Source of the DNA: Armatimonadota bacterium
Lineage (GTDB): Bacteria > Armatimonadota > SYMT01
NCBI GenBank assembly: GCA_041690135.1
Contig: JAWLHY010000001.1
Coordinates: 1,088,001-1,152,000, forward strand
DNA length: 64,000 nucleotides
Direction: 5' to 3'
The notes below the pieces were generated by a model that saw nothing but the letters and a program-made list of their open reading frames with translations, ran no database searches and was not told where the DNA came from. This document shows positions 8,583 through 17,580 of the stretch, piece after piece. A program made the translations under genes and the position numbers. The first letter of the stretch is position 1; every line of letters starts with the position of its first letter.

Positions 8583-10586
8583 TCAGCTCACGTCCATGGA
8601 GCCGGAAACCGTGACTTTCACGTTCGCGGCGTCCATTTTGATGTCGCCTCCCGCCTTCAATTCGAGGTCCTGCGCCGCCTCGATCAACACCGTGCCGTCC
8701 TGCTTCACCACGATCCGGGCGCCGCTGGAGTGCTCGATGGTGACCCCGTCCGTCTCCCCGCGGGCCGGGCGCGTCCCCGCGCTGCCGAGCGTGTCCCGGC
8801 CAACGCGGACCGTCAACTCCCCCACCTCGATCACCCGGTTGCCGTCCGCATCGGTCAGGTCATTTGTGACCTTGCCGGTGTGCTCGGCCGGGACGGTATC
8901 CTCCGCGAGCGTGGAGCGCTGTTGCTCCGGCACGCCCACCGGCAGGCTCAGCCACCAGTCGCCCGGCTGCGAATCGGGTCCGTGCCCCGACTCCCACACC
9001 GCGCCGATCTCGATCGGGTCGTCGCGGCGGCCGCCGCGGTGCGTCACCACCACCCGGGTGCCGGGATAGCGGGGCAACACCAGGCCGCACCGCCCCCAGG
9101 CGAACGGAGTGGCATACGGTACGCCGGTGGCCGGTCCGGGGCTGGGCCGCTGGACCGCGAGACGGTGCGCCTGGCCGGACCGGCCGTCCCCCGGCTGGAG
9201 ACCACGCCACACAGTTACCGTCTGCGCGGGGGGCTCCTCCGCGCCCTGGGTGGTCATGCCCCGCACCTCCCCCACCTCCGTGGGGCTGGCGTTGTCCGTC
9301 TCGCGGCGCGCGGCGCGCAGCACGGCGCGGGCGGCCTCCGTCTCCGGGCTCGCGCTCGCGCCCAGGATCTCGGCTCCCGCCGGAGCGCGGCTCGCCGGCG
9401 TGTGGCAGTCCCAGGCGTCCTCGGCGCCGGTCACCTCCACTCCCGTGAGCACCGTCGCGAAGGCGCTGGTCCGGCCGAGCCGGTGCTGCACGGATTGCAC
9501 GTACAGTTGCACCGGGTGGATGATCTCGGCGGTAGGAAGAAGGGGGCTGGAGAGCAGGTCCCCCAGCGCGCCGAGCGCCCCGGCGGTGGTGGTGGAAACG
9601 TCCTCCGGCGGGAGGTCGAACTCGATCAGGTCCCCCGGCTTCAGATCGGGCCGGCCTTTCAGAGTGAGCCGGAACTGCCGCCGCACCGGCGGAGCGCCTC
9701 CGGTGGACGTGTCGAAGTTCGGGTCCGTCGGCACGGGCTCCAGCGCCTCGGTTTCGATGAGGCCCTGCAAGAACGTCACGGGCCGCACTTCGCCCTCCAG
9801 CGGGACCGGCCGCACCCCCAGGTGCAGCACGCCGGAGCGGATCAGCAGGAGCCCCCTTCCATGGCAGCCGCTTTCCGCCTCCATCGCGGCGGCGAGGTCC
9901 CGCAGCGTGTCCAGCACCGTCCGCCCGGCCTCCAGTTCCCGCCGCTCGCTGGCGGGAGGTCCCGCGGTCGGGGGGCAGGCCGGATTGGGAGTGACCCCGT
10001 GGAAGACGTAATCCGCCTCTTTCCGCAGACGCGCGGGGCCCTGCAGGAGCTGGTCCAGCGCCATCTCCAGGGTGTCCCCCGTTACCGCCTGGGGGAGGCG
10101 CGTCCGCTCCGCCAGGTCGAAGAGGCGCTCTCGGGCGGTAATTACGGTCTCATACCGGCGGGAGCCGAGACGGCGGGTGACGGACTGGATCCGCAGCACC
10201 GCCAGCAGCGCCTCGGGAATGTCTTTCCCGCTCAGGCCGAACGCGTCGGTCAGCCCCGACAGGTTCTTCAGGTAGCCGAGCACGCTGGAGTTGGTATCCC
10301 GCCAGAACAGGTAGAGGCGCACGACCGTGGGGGAGTCCGGCTTCCCCTGGGCGATGGCGGCGTAGTGCGCGTCCGTGAGCCCTTCGACGGTAAAGGTGTA
10401 GGCTCCCCCTTCCAGGCCGCCCGGCAGGGTTGCCTGGATTTCCGCGTAATAGTCGTTCCGGCTGATCTCCAGGATCGGCTTGTCGTCGACCGTTCCGTCC
10501 TCCCGCTCGCGGTGAAAGGAGAGCAGCCAGCCCGCGTCGTTCCCGGGGCGCACTTCGCCGGTCAGGGTGGCCGGAGAGAGACTCAT
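8583..10586 (-). CDS. fused baseplate hub + spike (gp27/gp5, VgrG-like)
   Basis: Start moved to ATG 10586 (MSLSPAT). Hub motif LKGRPDLKPGD...YVQSVQHRL, OB-fold PYATPFAWGRCGLVLPRYPGTRVVV...PIEIGAVW, and beta-helix tail GVTIEHSSGARIVVKQDGTVLIEAAQDLELKAGGDIKMDA. Confidence 0.85.
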   Translation of the reverse strand: MSLSPATLTGEVRPGNDAGWLLSFHREREDGTVDDKPILEISRNDYYAEIQATLPGGLEGGAYTFTVEGLTDAHYAAIAQGKPDSPTVVRLYLFWRDTNSSVLGYLKNLSGLTDAFGLSGKDIPEALLAVLRIQSVTRRLGSRRYETVITARERLFDLAERTRLPQAVTGDTLEMALDQLLQGPARLRKEADYVFHGVTPNPACPPTAGPPASERRELEAGRTVLDTLRDLAAAMEAESGCHGRGLLLIRSGVLHLGVRPVPLEGEVRPVTFLQGLIETEALEPVPTDPNFDTSTGGAPPVRRQFRLTLKGRPDLKPGDLIEFDLPPEDVSTTTAGALGALGDLLSSPLLPTAEIIHPVQLYVQSVQHRLGRTSAFATVLTGVEVTGAEDAWDCHTPASRAPAGAEILGASASPETEAARAVLRAARRETDNASPTEVGEVRGMTTQGAEEPPAQTVTVWRGLQPGDGRSGQAHRLAVQRPSPGPATGVPYATPFAWGRCGLVLPRYPGTRVVVTHRGGRRDDPIEIGAVWESGHGPDSQPGDWWLSLPVGVPEQQRSTLAEDTVPAEHTGKVTNDLTDADGNRVIEVGELTVRVGRDTLGSAGTRPARGETDGVTIEHSSGARIVVKQDGTVLIEAAQDLELKAGGDIKMDAANVKVTVSGSMDVS

Positions 10587-11218
10587 CGCCGCACCCCTTT
10601 CTTGATCTTGAACCGGGCCAGCCGTTTCGGCTGCGTGAGACCCAGCAGCGACTCCGTCTTGAACTTCGCTTCCAGCCGGGGGACGACGTTCGGGTTGGGC
10701 GGTGGGGTGGAGAAGCGCTCCACGGCCCGGTCGGCGTAGCGCCACGCCAGTGCGATCCGCGAGCCGAAGTCTCCCGCCCCCCGCATGCTTCCCGCCCGGA
10801 GATCCCAGGAGAGGATCACCACTTCCACCCGGGCGCCGGAGTCCGGCAGTCCCGCGTCCGGAAGGCACCGCCGCAGCCCCGGCACCAGCGGCACCGAGGC
10901 GAGGGTCCGTGTCCCGGAGCGCAGCAGTAGCCGCGCAGGCGGGCGCTCCACGCTCCCGACCGGATCGTCGATCCCCGCTTCCACGGGAGCCAGTCCCTCG
11001 TCACTCCGGCTGACGATCGCCTCGGGGTCCGCGTCCCGCCAGCTCTTCGCGAGTCCGGTCGGCACCAGGAGCACCAGGCGCGTCTCGGGGTCCAGGCGAA
11101 TCGCGTGCGGCAGGCCGTTCAGGATTCGCTCATCCACGACGGTGAACCCTTCCGGAGCAGCCGGTGCGCTCTCGGGAACCAGGTAGTGCTGCACGGGGAT
11201 GCGTCCGAACTCCGGCAT
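10583..11218 (-). CDS. hypothetical CIS protein in the baseplate plug/adaptor position (211 aa)
   Basis: Start moved to ATG 11218 (MPEFGRIP). Coupled to both neighbours (TGATG and ATGA overlaps). Function inferred from position only. Confidence 0.6.
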   Translation of the reverse strand: MPEFGRIPVQHYLVPESAPAAPEGFTVVDERILNGLPHAIRLDPETRLVLLVPTGLAKSWRDADPEAIVSRSDEGLAPVEAGIDDPVGSVERPPARLLLRSGTRTLASVPLVPGLRRCLPDAGLPDSGARVEVVILSWDLRAGSMRGAGDFGSRIALAWRYADRAVERFSTPPPNPNVVPRLEAKFKTESLLGLTQPKRLARFKIKKGVRR

Positions 11219-11718
11219 CAGTTTCCTCCCCAATCGGCCAACGCCCCGACCCCGATACTGGCGACATCCAACAACTTGCCGAGCGCCCCCGGCAGCGGCA
11301 TGTGCACGAGCGAGATCGAGACGTCGATCGCGTCCCGCTTCGCCGCGGAGGCGCTGAAGGAGAGGCTCTGGACCTGCATGTCCGTGCGGATCGTCATCGA
11401 GGTCACCACGATCAGGCCGGAAACCGCGCCTCCGGAGAGCGCCGCGACCGCCCCACCCCGGCGGCTGGTCTCCGCGAGCAGCTCCAGGGCCTGCTTCCAG
11501 GCGTAGCGCTCCGTGCCTACCAGCACGCCCGTCAGGGAGAGCGTGTCGTCGTGCGTTGCGACCACGGCGCGCGCGCCGGAAGAGCCGATTGGCGGCAGGT
11601 GATAGGTTTCGCTGAGGCTCATCGACGTTACCGCCCAGAGGGGGACGGTCACGAGCCCGTCCGAGAGGATCACGGAAGGCACCGCGAGGTATTTCTGAAA
11701 GCTGCTGGTGAGAGCCAT
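11218..11718 (-). CDS. putative tube initiator / Dit-like baseplate protein
   Basis: Beta-rich 166 aa (SMSLSETYHLPPIGS, DTLSLTGVL, MQVQSLSFS, IDVSISLVH) that resembles a tube fold. Lies between the tape-measure slot and the hub. Confidence 0.6.
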   Translation of the reverse strand: MALTSSFQKYLAVPSVILSDGLVTVPLWAVTSMSLSETYHLPPIGSSGARAVVATHDDTLSLTGVLVGTERYAWKQALELLAETSRRGGAVAALSGGAVSGLIVVTSMTIRTDMQVQSLSFSASAAKRDAIDVSISLVHMPLPGALGKLLDVASIGVGALADWGGN

Positions 11719-11721
11719 GGC

Positions 11722-14700
11722 TTAGAAGAACTGCACGATCTCGTCGAAAAACTTCTCGAACTCGTCCAGGAGCGCGGTCCGGTCCGGCCGGGAGAGGATC
11801 TCTGGGCGGTCGAACGCCTGCCGCAGGATCCGCCGCAGCTCGTCCCGCACGGGCTGCAGCTCCGTCTGGGAGTAGCGCGTGCCATCCGGGTGTGACGGCC
11901 AGCGGATGAACCACTTCAGCCGGGCGAGTGTGCGGAAAGGCTTGGGGGGCGGGTCCGCCGCGTGGATCCGCAGGTCTTTCGAGAACTGGTGGACCGCTTT
12001 CCCGGTCTCCAGGATGGTGATATCCACCACCTCCTTGATCTCGACCCGCAGGTACCCCAGCGGCTCCAACGAAGGGAGGTTCAGACGGACGTCCACTTCC
12101 CGTGCCAGCCCGCCGGGACCGGAAACCGGCTCCTCGAAGCGCACCGTCGCGCCGGGGTAGGTCTTCAGCAGGTCGAACGCGGCGCGCAGGGAAGCGAGGC
12201 CGGCGATCTTCAGGTTCGCCGAGGGGCTTCCCAGGTAGGTGATCACCCCATCCAGCCCGCCGGTGGTGTGCGGCTCCACTTCTCGGATCCAGCGGAGGAT
12301 CTCCCGCCCCGTTCGGGCATCGTAGCCGGTGAGGATCGTGGTGACGGAGACCACGGTTTGCCGGCCCCGCAGCTTCGCGATCAACTCGATCGTCTTCACA
12401 TCCTCGGGGGTGAGGTCGCGGAGCCGGGCGAGCATCGCCCGGACGCTAAGGCCTCCGTAGGTGGAGGTGGTGTCCAGGAGACGCGCCAGTGTCTTCGGAG
12501 TCCCGCCCGCGTCGAGGTAGTGGAGGAGACCGCGGAACTGGTCCGCGTGCGACGCCTGCAGATAGCGCCGGATGCCGGCCAGGATCAGCCGGGTGCTTTC
12601 CCGGTCGGTGGAGGCCGCCGTGATCAGCCGTAGCTCCAGCTCCGGCACGGCACTCTGCTGTCGGAGGATCTGGAGACCCTGACGCGAGTAGGTCCGGGGG
12701 GACGCCTCCGCCACCTCGTCCAGCGCCGGCGGGAGCAGGAGCGCCCGGCCCGGAAGCAGCCGGTAGGGAGCGGTGCCGGCCGGCCCCTGCAGGAGCAGGA
12801 TCCCGCTCCCTTCATCGGTGACACGGTAGCCGGCTTTGGTGAGGCGGCTCATCAGGTGGGTGCGGCCGAGGGACGGATCGAACGGGTTGTACTCGTAGCT
12901 GCGCGCGCCCACCGGGACCAGACCGGACCCCAACACCGCGTCGGGCGGGGGCAGGAGCTTGACCGTCGGCGCCCACTCCGCCGCTGCCACCGCTTCGGCG
13001 AACCGGGCCGCCAGCTCCTGCATCTCCTTCACCTGTCCGCGGGTCAGCCCGAGCTGGGCCAGCAGGTCGTCGCTGAAGTCGGCGCTCGCCATCCGCTTGC
13101 AGACCGCCTCCAGCTCCCGGTAGATCCTTGCCTGGCGAGACTGAGCGCTGGCGAATTGCTCCTTCGAGGGTCCTCCCGCCTTCAGGATCGCCTCCATCTC
13201 CGCTCGGAGCAGGAGTTGCTCTTCGTGCAGCGTCATCAGCCTGGCGAGGGTCTCGGTCTGCGCCTCTCGCCGGAGCACCTCCAGCGCCTTCGGACCGGCG
13301 ATCAGCGCCACGATCGCGTGCAGCATCAGGCTGGCCACGACGAACGTCTCCGTCCCTTCCGGCAGCTCCCCCGCCTCCAGGGTGCTCAGCAGCACCGGCA
13401 CGCCGGTCCCGATCACCGCGGTCGAACCGAAGATGAAGACGAGCTGGGCCAGCGCCTTCTGCGGGAAGAGGGCCTTCGCCCCGGCCGAGAGCCCGGCGCC
13501 GAGGACCCGGAACGCGCCAAACAGCGCGACGTTGGTGGTGAACTCCTCGACCACCTCTCCGGGTCCGATCGACTTGTCCAGGACCAGCGCCTGCCCGGCC
13601 AGGTGGACCGTGGTGAAGGCGGCTGCCTCCGCGAGCAGGGTAACGAGGGTGCCAGCCCGGAGGACCGCGAGGCCGCCGCCCACCCCGAGGGTCACCACCA
13701 CGGCCACCAGAGTGATGCCCAGGTTGATCCAAAACTCGCGCCGGGCGCGTCGCTGCATCTCCCCCTGGATCGCCTCCAACTGGTGGACCCAGGTCTCCAG
13801 GCGCGAGCCGATGGTGTTGAAATCCGGATTGGGGAATTCCCGCTCCAGGGCCGCCTCGATCGCGTAAATCCGGTCGAACCAATCTTTCCGCATCGCCCGC
13901 GTACCCAGGTCGTTCGGGTAGCGGATGGGGTCCGTCAGGTCCCGTGCGCCCTGCCACACCGAGACGAGAGAGAGGCGCACCAGCAGCAATGACAACTGCT
14001 CCTCCACGGCTGAGACGGCGGAGAGGTACGCCACGCCGCGCGGCTGCGCCTGCGTGATGCCTAGCTCTTTCTCCAGGGAAGCGAAGAAATCCCGGGTCTG
14101 CCGCAGGTGACGATTGTAGCGGTGGTCCTCCGGCGAGTAGTAGCCGTAGTGGGCCGACTCGTGTAGCCCCCGGAGCCGGGTGCCGAGCTCGTCTAGCGCC
14201 TTCCGGACATTCTCCCACTTGCGGTCCGCTGCCCTGGCCGGCCAGCCGTCGAACGCGGTCTGCGCATCCGTCTTGAGGTCCGCGGCGATCGCGGCGTCCG
14301 GAAACGAGAAATCGACGATCTGCCGCAGCAGCTGGGAGCGTGTTTCCCGGAGTGCCCACACTTCCTCCAGTTGATCCAGGGTTTGCTCGCCGTAAATCAG
14401 CCGGAAGAGGGAGATGAAGTCGTCGATCTGCCGCACGTGCTCCAGCGTGCCGGCGATCCAGGCGTAGTTCTCGATCAGGTCGCGCTGGAGGTCGTAAAGG
14501 AGGGAGCGCCCGTACGCGTTCCCGGCCAGGATCGCGAAGATCCCGGAGATCCTCCTGTACCCGTTGGTGATGGCGGTGATCACGGGTAGCTCCGCCTTGC
14601 TCTCGCTGCTCGCTTCCAGGTAGCGGATCAGGTCGCGTCGGACCGCGATCACCGCCTCTACCAGGTCGAGGAGCGCCCGGGTGCCCCGGCTCGCTTCTTC

Positions 14701-15582
14701 CCACTCCTTCAGCAGCGCCGCCGCCTCCGGGATCCGCCGCGCCACGGTCACGATCGCCGCCGCCAGATCGAGGTCCGGGAAGAGGGAGACGTCGAGATAG
14801 AGCTGGGTTTGCGCCCGCATGAGTGAAGCGGCGATCTGGCTTGCACGCGTCTTCAGCAGCGCGCGGAGGCGCTCGCGGAACTTGCGCGCATCCTTCCGGG
14901 CCAGGTCGGCCAGCGCGCTTAGCGCCGCCTCCGTGGGAGGGGACCCGTCCGGGCGGATGGCACGGAGCACCAGGACCAGCGCGGTATCGTCGCCCGCGTA
15001 GAACTCGTCCAGAACGTCCGCCAGCGCGATGCTTCGTTCGGACACGTTCGAGGATGCCAGCCGCCGGGCCACGTCGACCGCGTCGATCGGAGGCTGCGGA
15101 TCCGGAAGGGCCAGGTCCGCGCCGGGCGGCGCGGAGAACGGGTCGCGCGCCAGGGGTACGTCCACCGGCCGACCGGCGTCCTCGTATTCCGGGATCGTGT
15201 AACGATGCCGGGTGAGCCGGAGCCGGTCCGCGCGCTCCGCCGGGTCTGGTGGGAGCGGCTCCGGCACCTCGCGCCCGTCGACCGCCGTCTCGAGCAGCCC
15301 CGCACCCTCCACGGCGCGCCGGAGCGCTCTCGCGAGTCGCGCCTCGATCTCCGCGCGCTGGGATCGGGGCACCGCATGGAGGCCGTCGCCACGCCATGTG
15401 AACTCCGGCGCCCCGAGGCAGACCCGCGCGTATCCCCCGCGCTCCCGGAGCACCACCTCCCGGGAATTCGCGAGCGCGCGGGCCGCGGCCGTTTCGAGTG
15501 CCTCTTCCAGGCACTCGCGCCGCTCCGTCAGCGCCCGCGCGTCCACCCGGATGCGCGTGGGGATCCGCACCTGCACCGGCAT
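11722..15582 (-). CDS. 1286-aa putative CIS cargo effector / tape-measure-like protein with hydrophobic core and C-terminal PD-(D/E)xK nuclease-like domain
   Basis: Long amphipathic-helical region, then several hydrophobic segments (FWINLGITLVAVVVTLGVGGG... to ...LMLHAIVALIAG). C-terminal VRFEE...REVDVRL...RVEIKEV...HQFSKD. Confidence 0.7.
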   Translation of the reverse strand: MPVQVRIPTRIRVDARALTERRECLEEALETAAARALANSREVVLRERGGYARVCLGAPEFTWRGDGLHAVPRSQRAEIEARLARALRRAVEGAGLLETAVDGREVPEPLPPDPAERADRLRLTRHRYTIPEYEDAGRPVDVPLARDPFSAPPGADLALPDPQPPIDAVDVARRLASSNVSERSIALADVLDEFYAGDDTALVLVLRAIRPDGSPPTEAALSALADLARKDARKFRERLRALLKTRASQIAASLMRAQTQLYLDVSLFPDLDLAAAIVTVARRIPEAAALLKEWEEASRGTRALLDLVEAVIAVRRDLIRYLEASSESKAELPVITAITNGYRRISGIFAILAGNAYGRSLLYDLQRDLIENYAWIAGTLEHVRQIDDFISLFRLIYGEQTLDQLEEVWALRETRSQLLRQIVDFSFPDAAIAADLKTDAQTAFDGWPARAADRKWENVRKALDELGTRLRGLHESAHYGYYSPEDHRYNRHLRQTRDFFASLEKELGITQAQPRGVAYLSAVSAVEEQLSLLLVRLSLVSVWQGARDLTDPIRYPNDLGTRAMRKDWFDRIYAIEAALEREFPNPDFNTIGSRLETWVHQLEAIQGEMQRRARREFWINLGITLVAVVVTLGVGGGLAVLRAGTLVTLLAEAAAFTTVHLAGQALVLDKSIGPGEVVEEFTTNVALFGAFRVLGAGLSAGAKALFPQKALAQLVFIFGSTAVIGTGVPVLLSTLEAGELPEGTETFVVASLMLHAIVALIAGPKALEVLRREAQTETLARLMTLHEEQLLLRAEMEAILKAGGPSKEQFASAQSRQARIYRELEAVCKRMASADFSDDLLAQLGLTRGQVKEMQELAARFAEAVAAAEWAPTVKLLPPPDAVLGSGLVPVGARSYEYNPFDPSLGRTHLMSRLTKAGYRVTDEGSGILLLQGPAGTAPYRLLPGRALLLPPALDEVAEASPRTYSRQGLQILRQQSAVPELELRLITAASTDRESTRLILAGIRRYLQASHADQFRGLLHYLDAGGTPKTLARLLDTTSTYGGLSVRAMLARLRDLTPEDVKTIELIAKLRGRQTVVSVTTILTGYDARTGREILRWIREVEPHTTGGLDGVITYLGSPSANLKIAGLASLRAAFDLLKTYPGATVRFEEPVSGPGGLAREVDVRLNLPSLEPLGYLRVEIKEVVDITILETGKAVHQFSKDLRIHAADPPPKPFRTLARLKWFIRWPSHPDGTRYSQTELQPVRDELRRILRQAFDRPEILSRPDRTALLDEFEKFFDEIVQFF

Positions 15583-15585
15583 CGA

Positions 15586-15861
15586 CTACACGTTCTCCAT
15601 CCCCTGCGCCAGGCGCCGCAGGGTTTCCTGGATGATCGTCTCCGGGTCGATCGGGTCCGGCGCCGCCCGCACCTCGATCTCCACCGGGAAGAGGTACTGG
15701 ATCACGGCCTGCTGGTCTTCCAGCACCCGCTCCGCCTGCGCCTCGCTGCCGGCCGCGGGGAGGATGAGCTCCCCCTCGTGGACGAGCGCGATACCCGTGC
15801 GGCGCACCCGCGCGGCCCGTCGTTCCCCGTCCCCGTTTCCGTCCGCGTCTCTAATCGGCAC
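15586..15861 (-). CDS. 91-aa protein resembling an isolated tape-measure C-terminal module
   Basis: GGGAGG RBS before GTG 15861. TGIALVHEGELILPA resembles the HxGExV/ILP motif near the C-termini of phage tape-measure proteins. Confidence 0.65.
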   Translation of the reverse strand: MPIRDADGNGDGERRAARVRRTGIALVHEGELILPAAGSEAQAERVLEDQQAVIQYLFPVEIEVRAAPDPIDPETIIQETLRRLAQGMENV

Positions 15862-15885
15862 CTCGGCGCTCCTCCCCGCGTCCGG

Positions 15886-16323
15886 TTACGGGATCGAGAC
15901 GGCGGCGCCGCTCTTCGGCTCCGCGGACGCGGCCAAGCTGAAGCCGGAGAAGGTCGCGCTCGGCGCGCCGGAAATACTGGCGGAAGTGGGCGTGGCGCTG
16001 GTGATGATGCACTCCTTCATCACCACCGTTTTGAAGGCCCAGTCGTCCCCGCCATCACTCTCCTGCAGCAGGATGTCGAACCGCTTCCCCTGCAGGGCGA
16101 GGGCTGTCAGCTTGGCCGCGGCGTCCCCGATCGCCTTCACGGTCATCGAAAAGGAGATCGCCTGCGGAGAGTAGACGACGCCGATGTGCGTCTGCTCCAG
16201 GGAGTGCAGCACCTCCGCGTTCAGGGAGAAGGAAGGCGAAAAAGAGTCGATGGGCGTCACGTTGACCGTGTTGCCGTCTTCGTCCGTGTAGGAGACGGCC
16301 AGGCGGGTTTTCCAATCAGGCAT
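15886..16323 (-). CDS. contractile tail tube protein
   Basis: 145-aa beta-rich protein right after the sheath (ISFSMTVK, FDILLQE, VVMKECIITSATP, APSATFSGFSL). Confidence 0.8.
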   Translation of the reverse strand: MPDWKTRLAVSYTDEDGNTVNVTPIDSFSPSFSLNAEVLHSLEQTHIGVVYSPQAISFSMTVKAIGDAAAKLTALALQGKRFDILLQESDGGDDWAFKTVVMKECIITSATPTSASISGAPSATFSGFSLAASAEPKSGAAVSIP

Positions 16324-16336
16324 GGTCGATCACTCC

Positions 16337-16364
16337 GACCGGAGGCCGGGAACAGCCTCCGGTC
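16337..16364. promoter_or_regulatory. perfect 10-bp stem-loop in the sheath-tube intergenic region, adjacent to the tube RBS
   Basis: GACCGGAGGC-cgggaaca-GCCTCCGGTC, with a second smaller hairpin near 16378-16396. Confidence 0.5.
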
Positions 16365-16401
16365 CGCAGTCCGGATGCCGCGGGCTCTCCCCGCGAGCGG
16401 T

Positions 16402-17580
16402 TTAGAAGCTGAGGGCCAGGTTCACCACCAGGCGGTGTACGGCCGGTCCGTACTTGACGGACACGTTCAGATCCACCAACCGGTTGGCCCGGGCCGTGGT
16501 GACGATGCTGTTGTCCGTCGGGGTGCGCGCGCTCTCGGGGATGTTGAGGATGTTCAGGACCGGGATATCCACGGAGTAGCTGTCGATCACTGCGCTCCGC
16601 TGCAGCGGCCCCAGGATCCCCTCCACGCGCGTTTTTACCTGGGTGAGGCCGGCGCGGGTGATGCGCGCGTCGCCCACCAGCCCGATCAGCCCGGCCTTCA
16701 GGCGGAAGTCGATGTCGTCCAGGGTGCGAACCAGGTCGATGTAGAGCAGGCTCGCGTCCGTGGTGAAGGCGCGACCTTCCGCGAAATGGAGGCTCTCCCC
16801 CACGATCAGGTCCGGATCGATGATCGGGAGGATGTTCTCTTCCGACAGCCCGATGATCTCGGAAGGGCTGTACTGGCTCTCCACCGGCATGCTGAGGTCC
16901 CGGATCTTCTTGAGCACGATAGAGACGTGCGGGGGGAAGCCCGCCATGGCCGCCATCGCGGCGGTAGCCGCGTCCCCGGTGGCGCCGCGGGCCGCGACCA
17001 CGACCATCCGGCTGGAGGAGCTTTTCAGCGGGCCCATCGCGGCCTTGACCGTGTCCAGGTACGTGGCGGACTTGGCGGTCGCCGGGTCGACCATCGCCAC
17101 CCCGATCCGCTTCAGCCCGCCGGCCGACATGGCCTCCACATGTGCCTTTAGAGCCGTCAGGTTGGTCGCCGGAGTGGTGCCCGTGGCCGCCGCCCCCACG
17201 CTCACCTCGTTGGCCAGGGAAACGAAGTTGACGTCGTCCGCGGCTTCCAGGGAGGCGAGCGCGGCGGCGTAATTGTCCCCATCTACCCGCACGCCATAGA
17301 TCTTGGACGGACCGGGATTCTGCGCCAGCGCCAGCTTGAGCGACTGATAGAGAACGGTCTCCGCCACCGTGCCGTCCGTGTTCCGTTTCGCGAACAGGTC
17401 CGCCGCCTGATCGAGCGTGTCCACCCGCAGCGGCTTGTTTACCGGGGCGGTGCCGCCGTCCGCGCCCGCCGGCGTCTTGCCGACCACGGCGATCACCCCG
17501 GTCGCGCGCTGCGCCACGGGCACCAGCCCCGAGGTATCGATCTTGACCTCCACGAAGGGGTAGGCTGCTGCAACTGCCAT
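16402..17580 (-). CDS. contractile tail sheath protein (compact, 392 aa)
   Basis: AGGAG RBS. N-terminal YPFVEVKID...GVIAVVGKT. C-terminal sheath domain YIDLVRTLDDI...ITRAGLTQVKTRVEGILGPLQRSAVIDSYSV...RLVDLNVSVKYGPAVHRLVVNL. Confidence 0.88.
   Translation of the reverse strand: MAVAAAYPFVEVKIDTSGLVPVAQRATGVIAVVGKTPAGADGGTAPVNKPLRVDTLDQAADLFAKRNTDGTVAETVLYQSLKLALAQNPGPSKIYGVRVDGDNYAAALASLEAADDVNFVSLANEVSVGAAATGTTPATNLTALKAHVEAMSAGGLKRIGVAMVDPATAKSATYLDTVKAAMGPLKSSSSRMVVVAARGATGDAATAAMAAMAGFPPHVSIVLKKIRDLSMPVESQYSPSEIIGLSEENILPIIDPDLIVGESLHFAEGRAFTTDASLLYIDLVRTLDDIDFRLKAGLIGLVGDARITRAGLTQVKTRVEGILGPLQRSAVIDSYSVDIPVLNILNIPESARTPTDNSIVTTARANRLVDLNVSVKYGPAVHRLVVNLALSF

Noticed and set aside
15586-15885. 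Programmed -1 frameshift tail-assembly chaperone after the tube gene
   Set aside because: I found no XXXYYYZ slippery heptamer in the small ORF, and its motif is TMP-like rather than chaperone-like.
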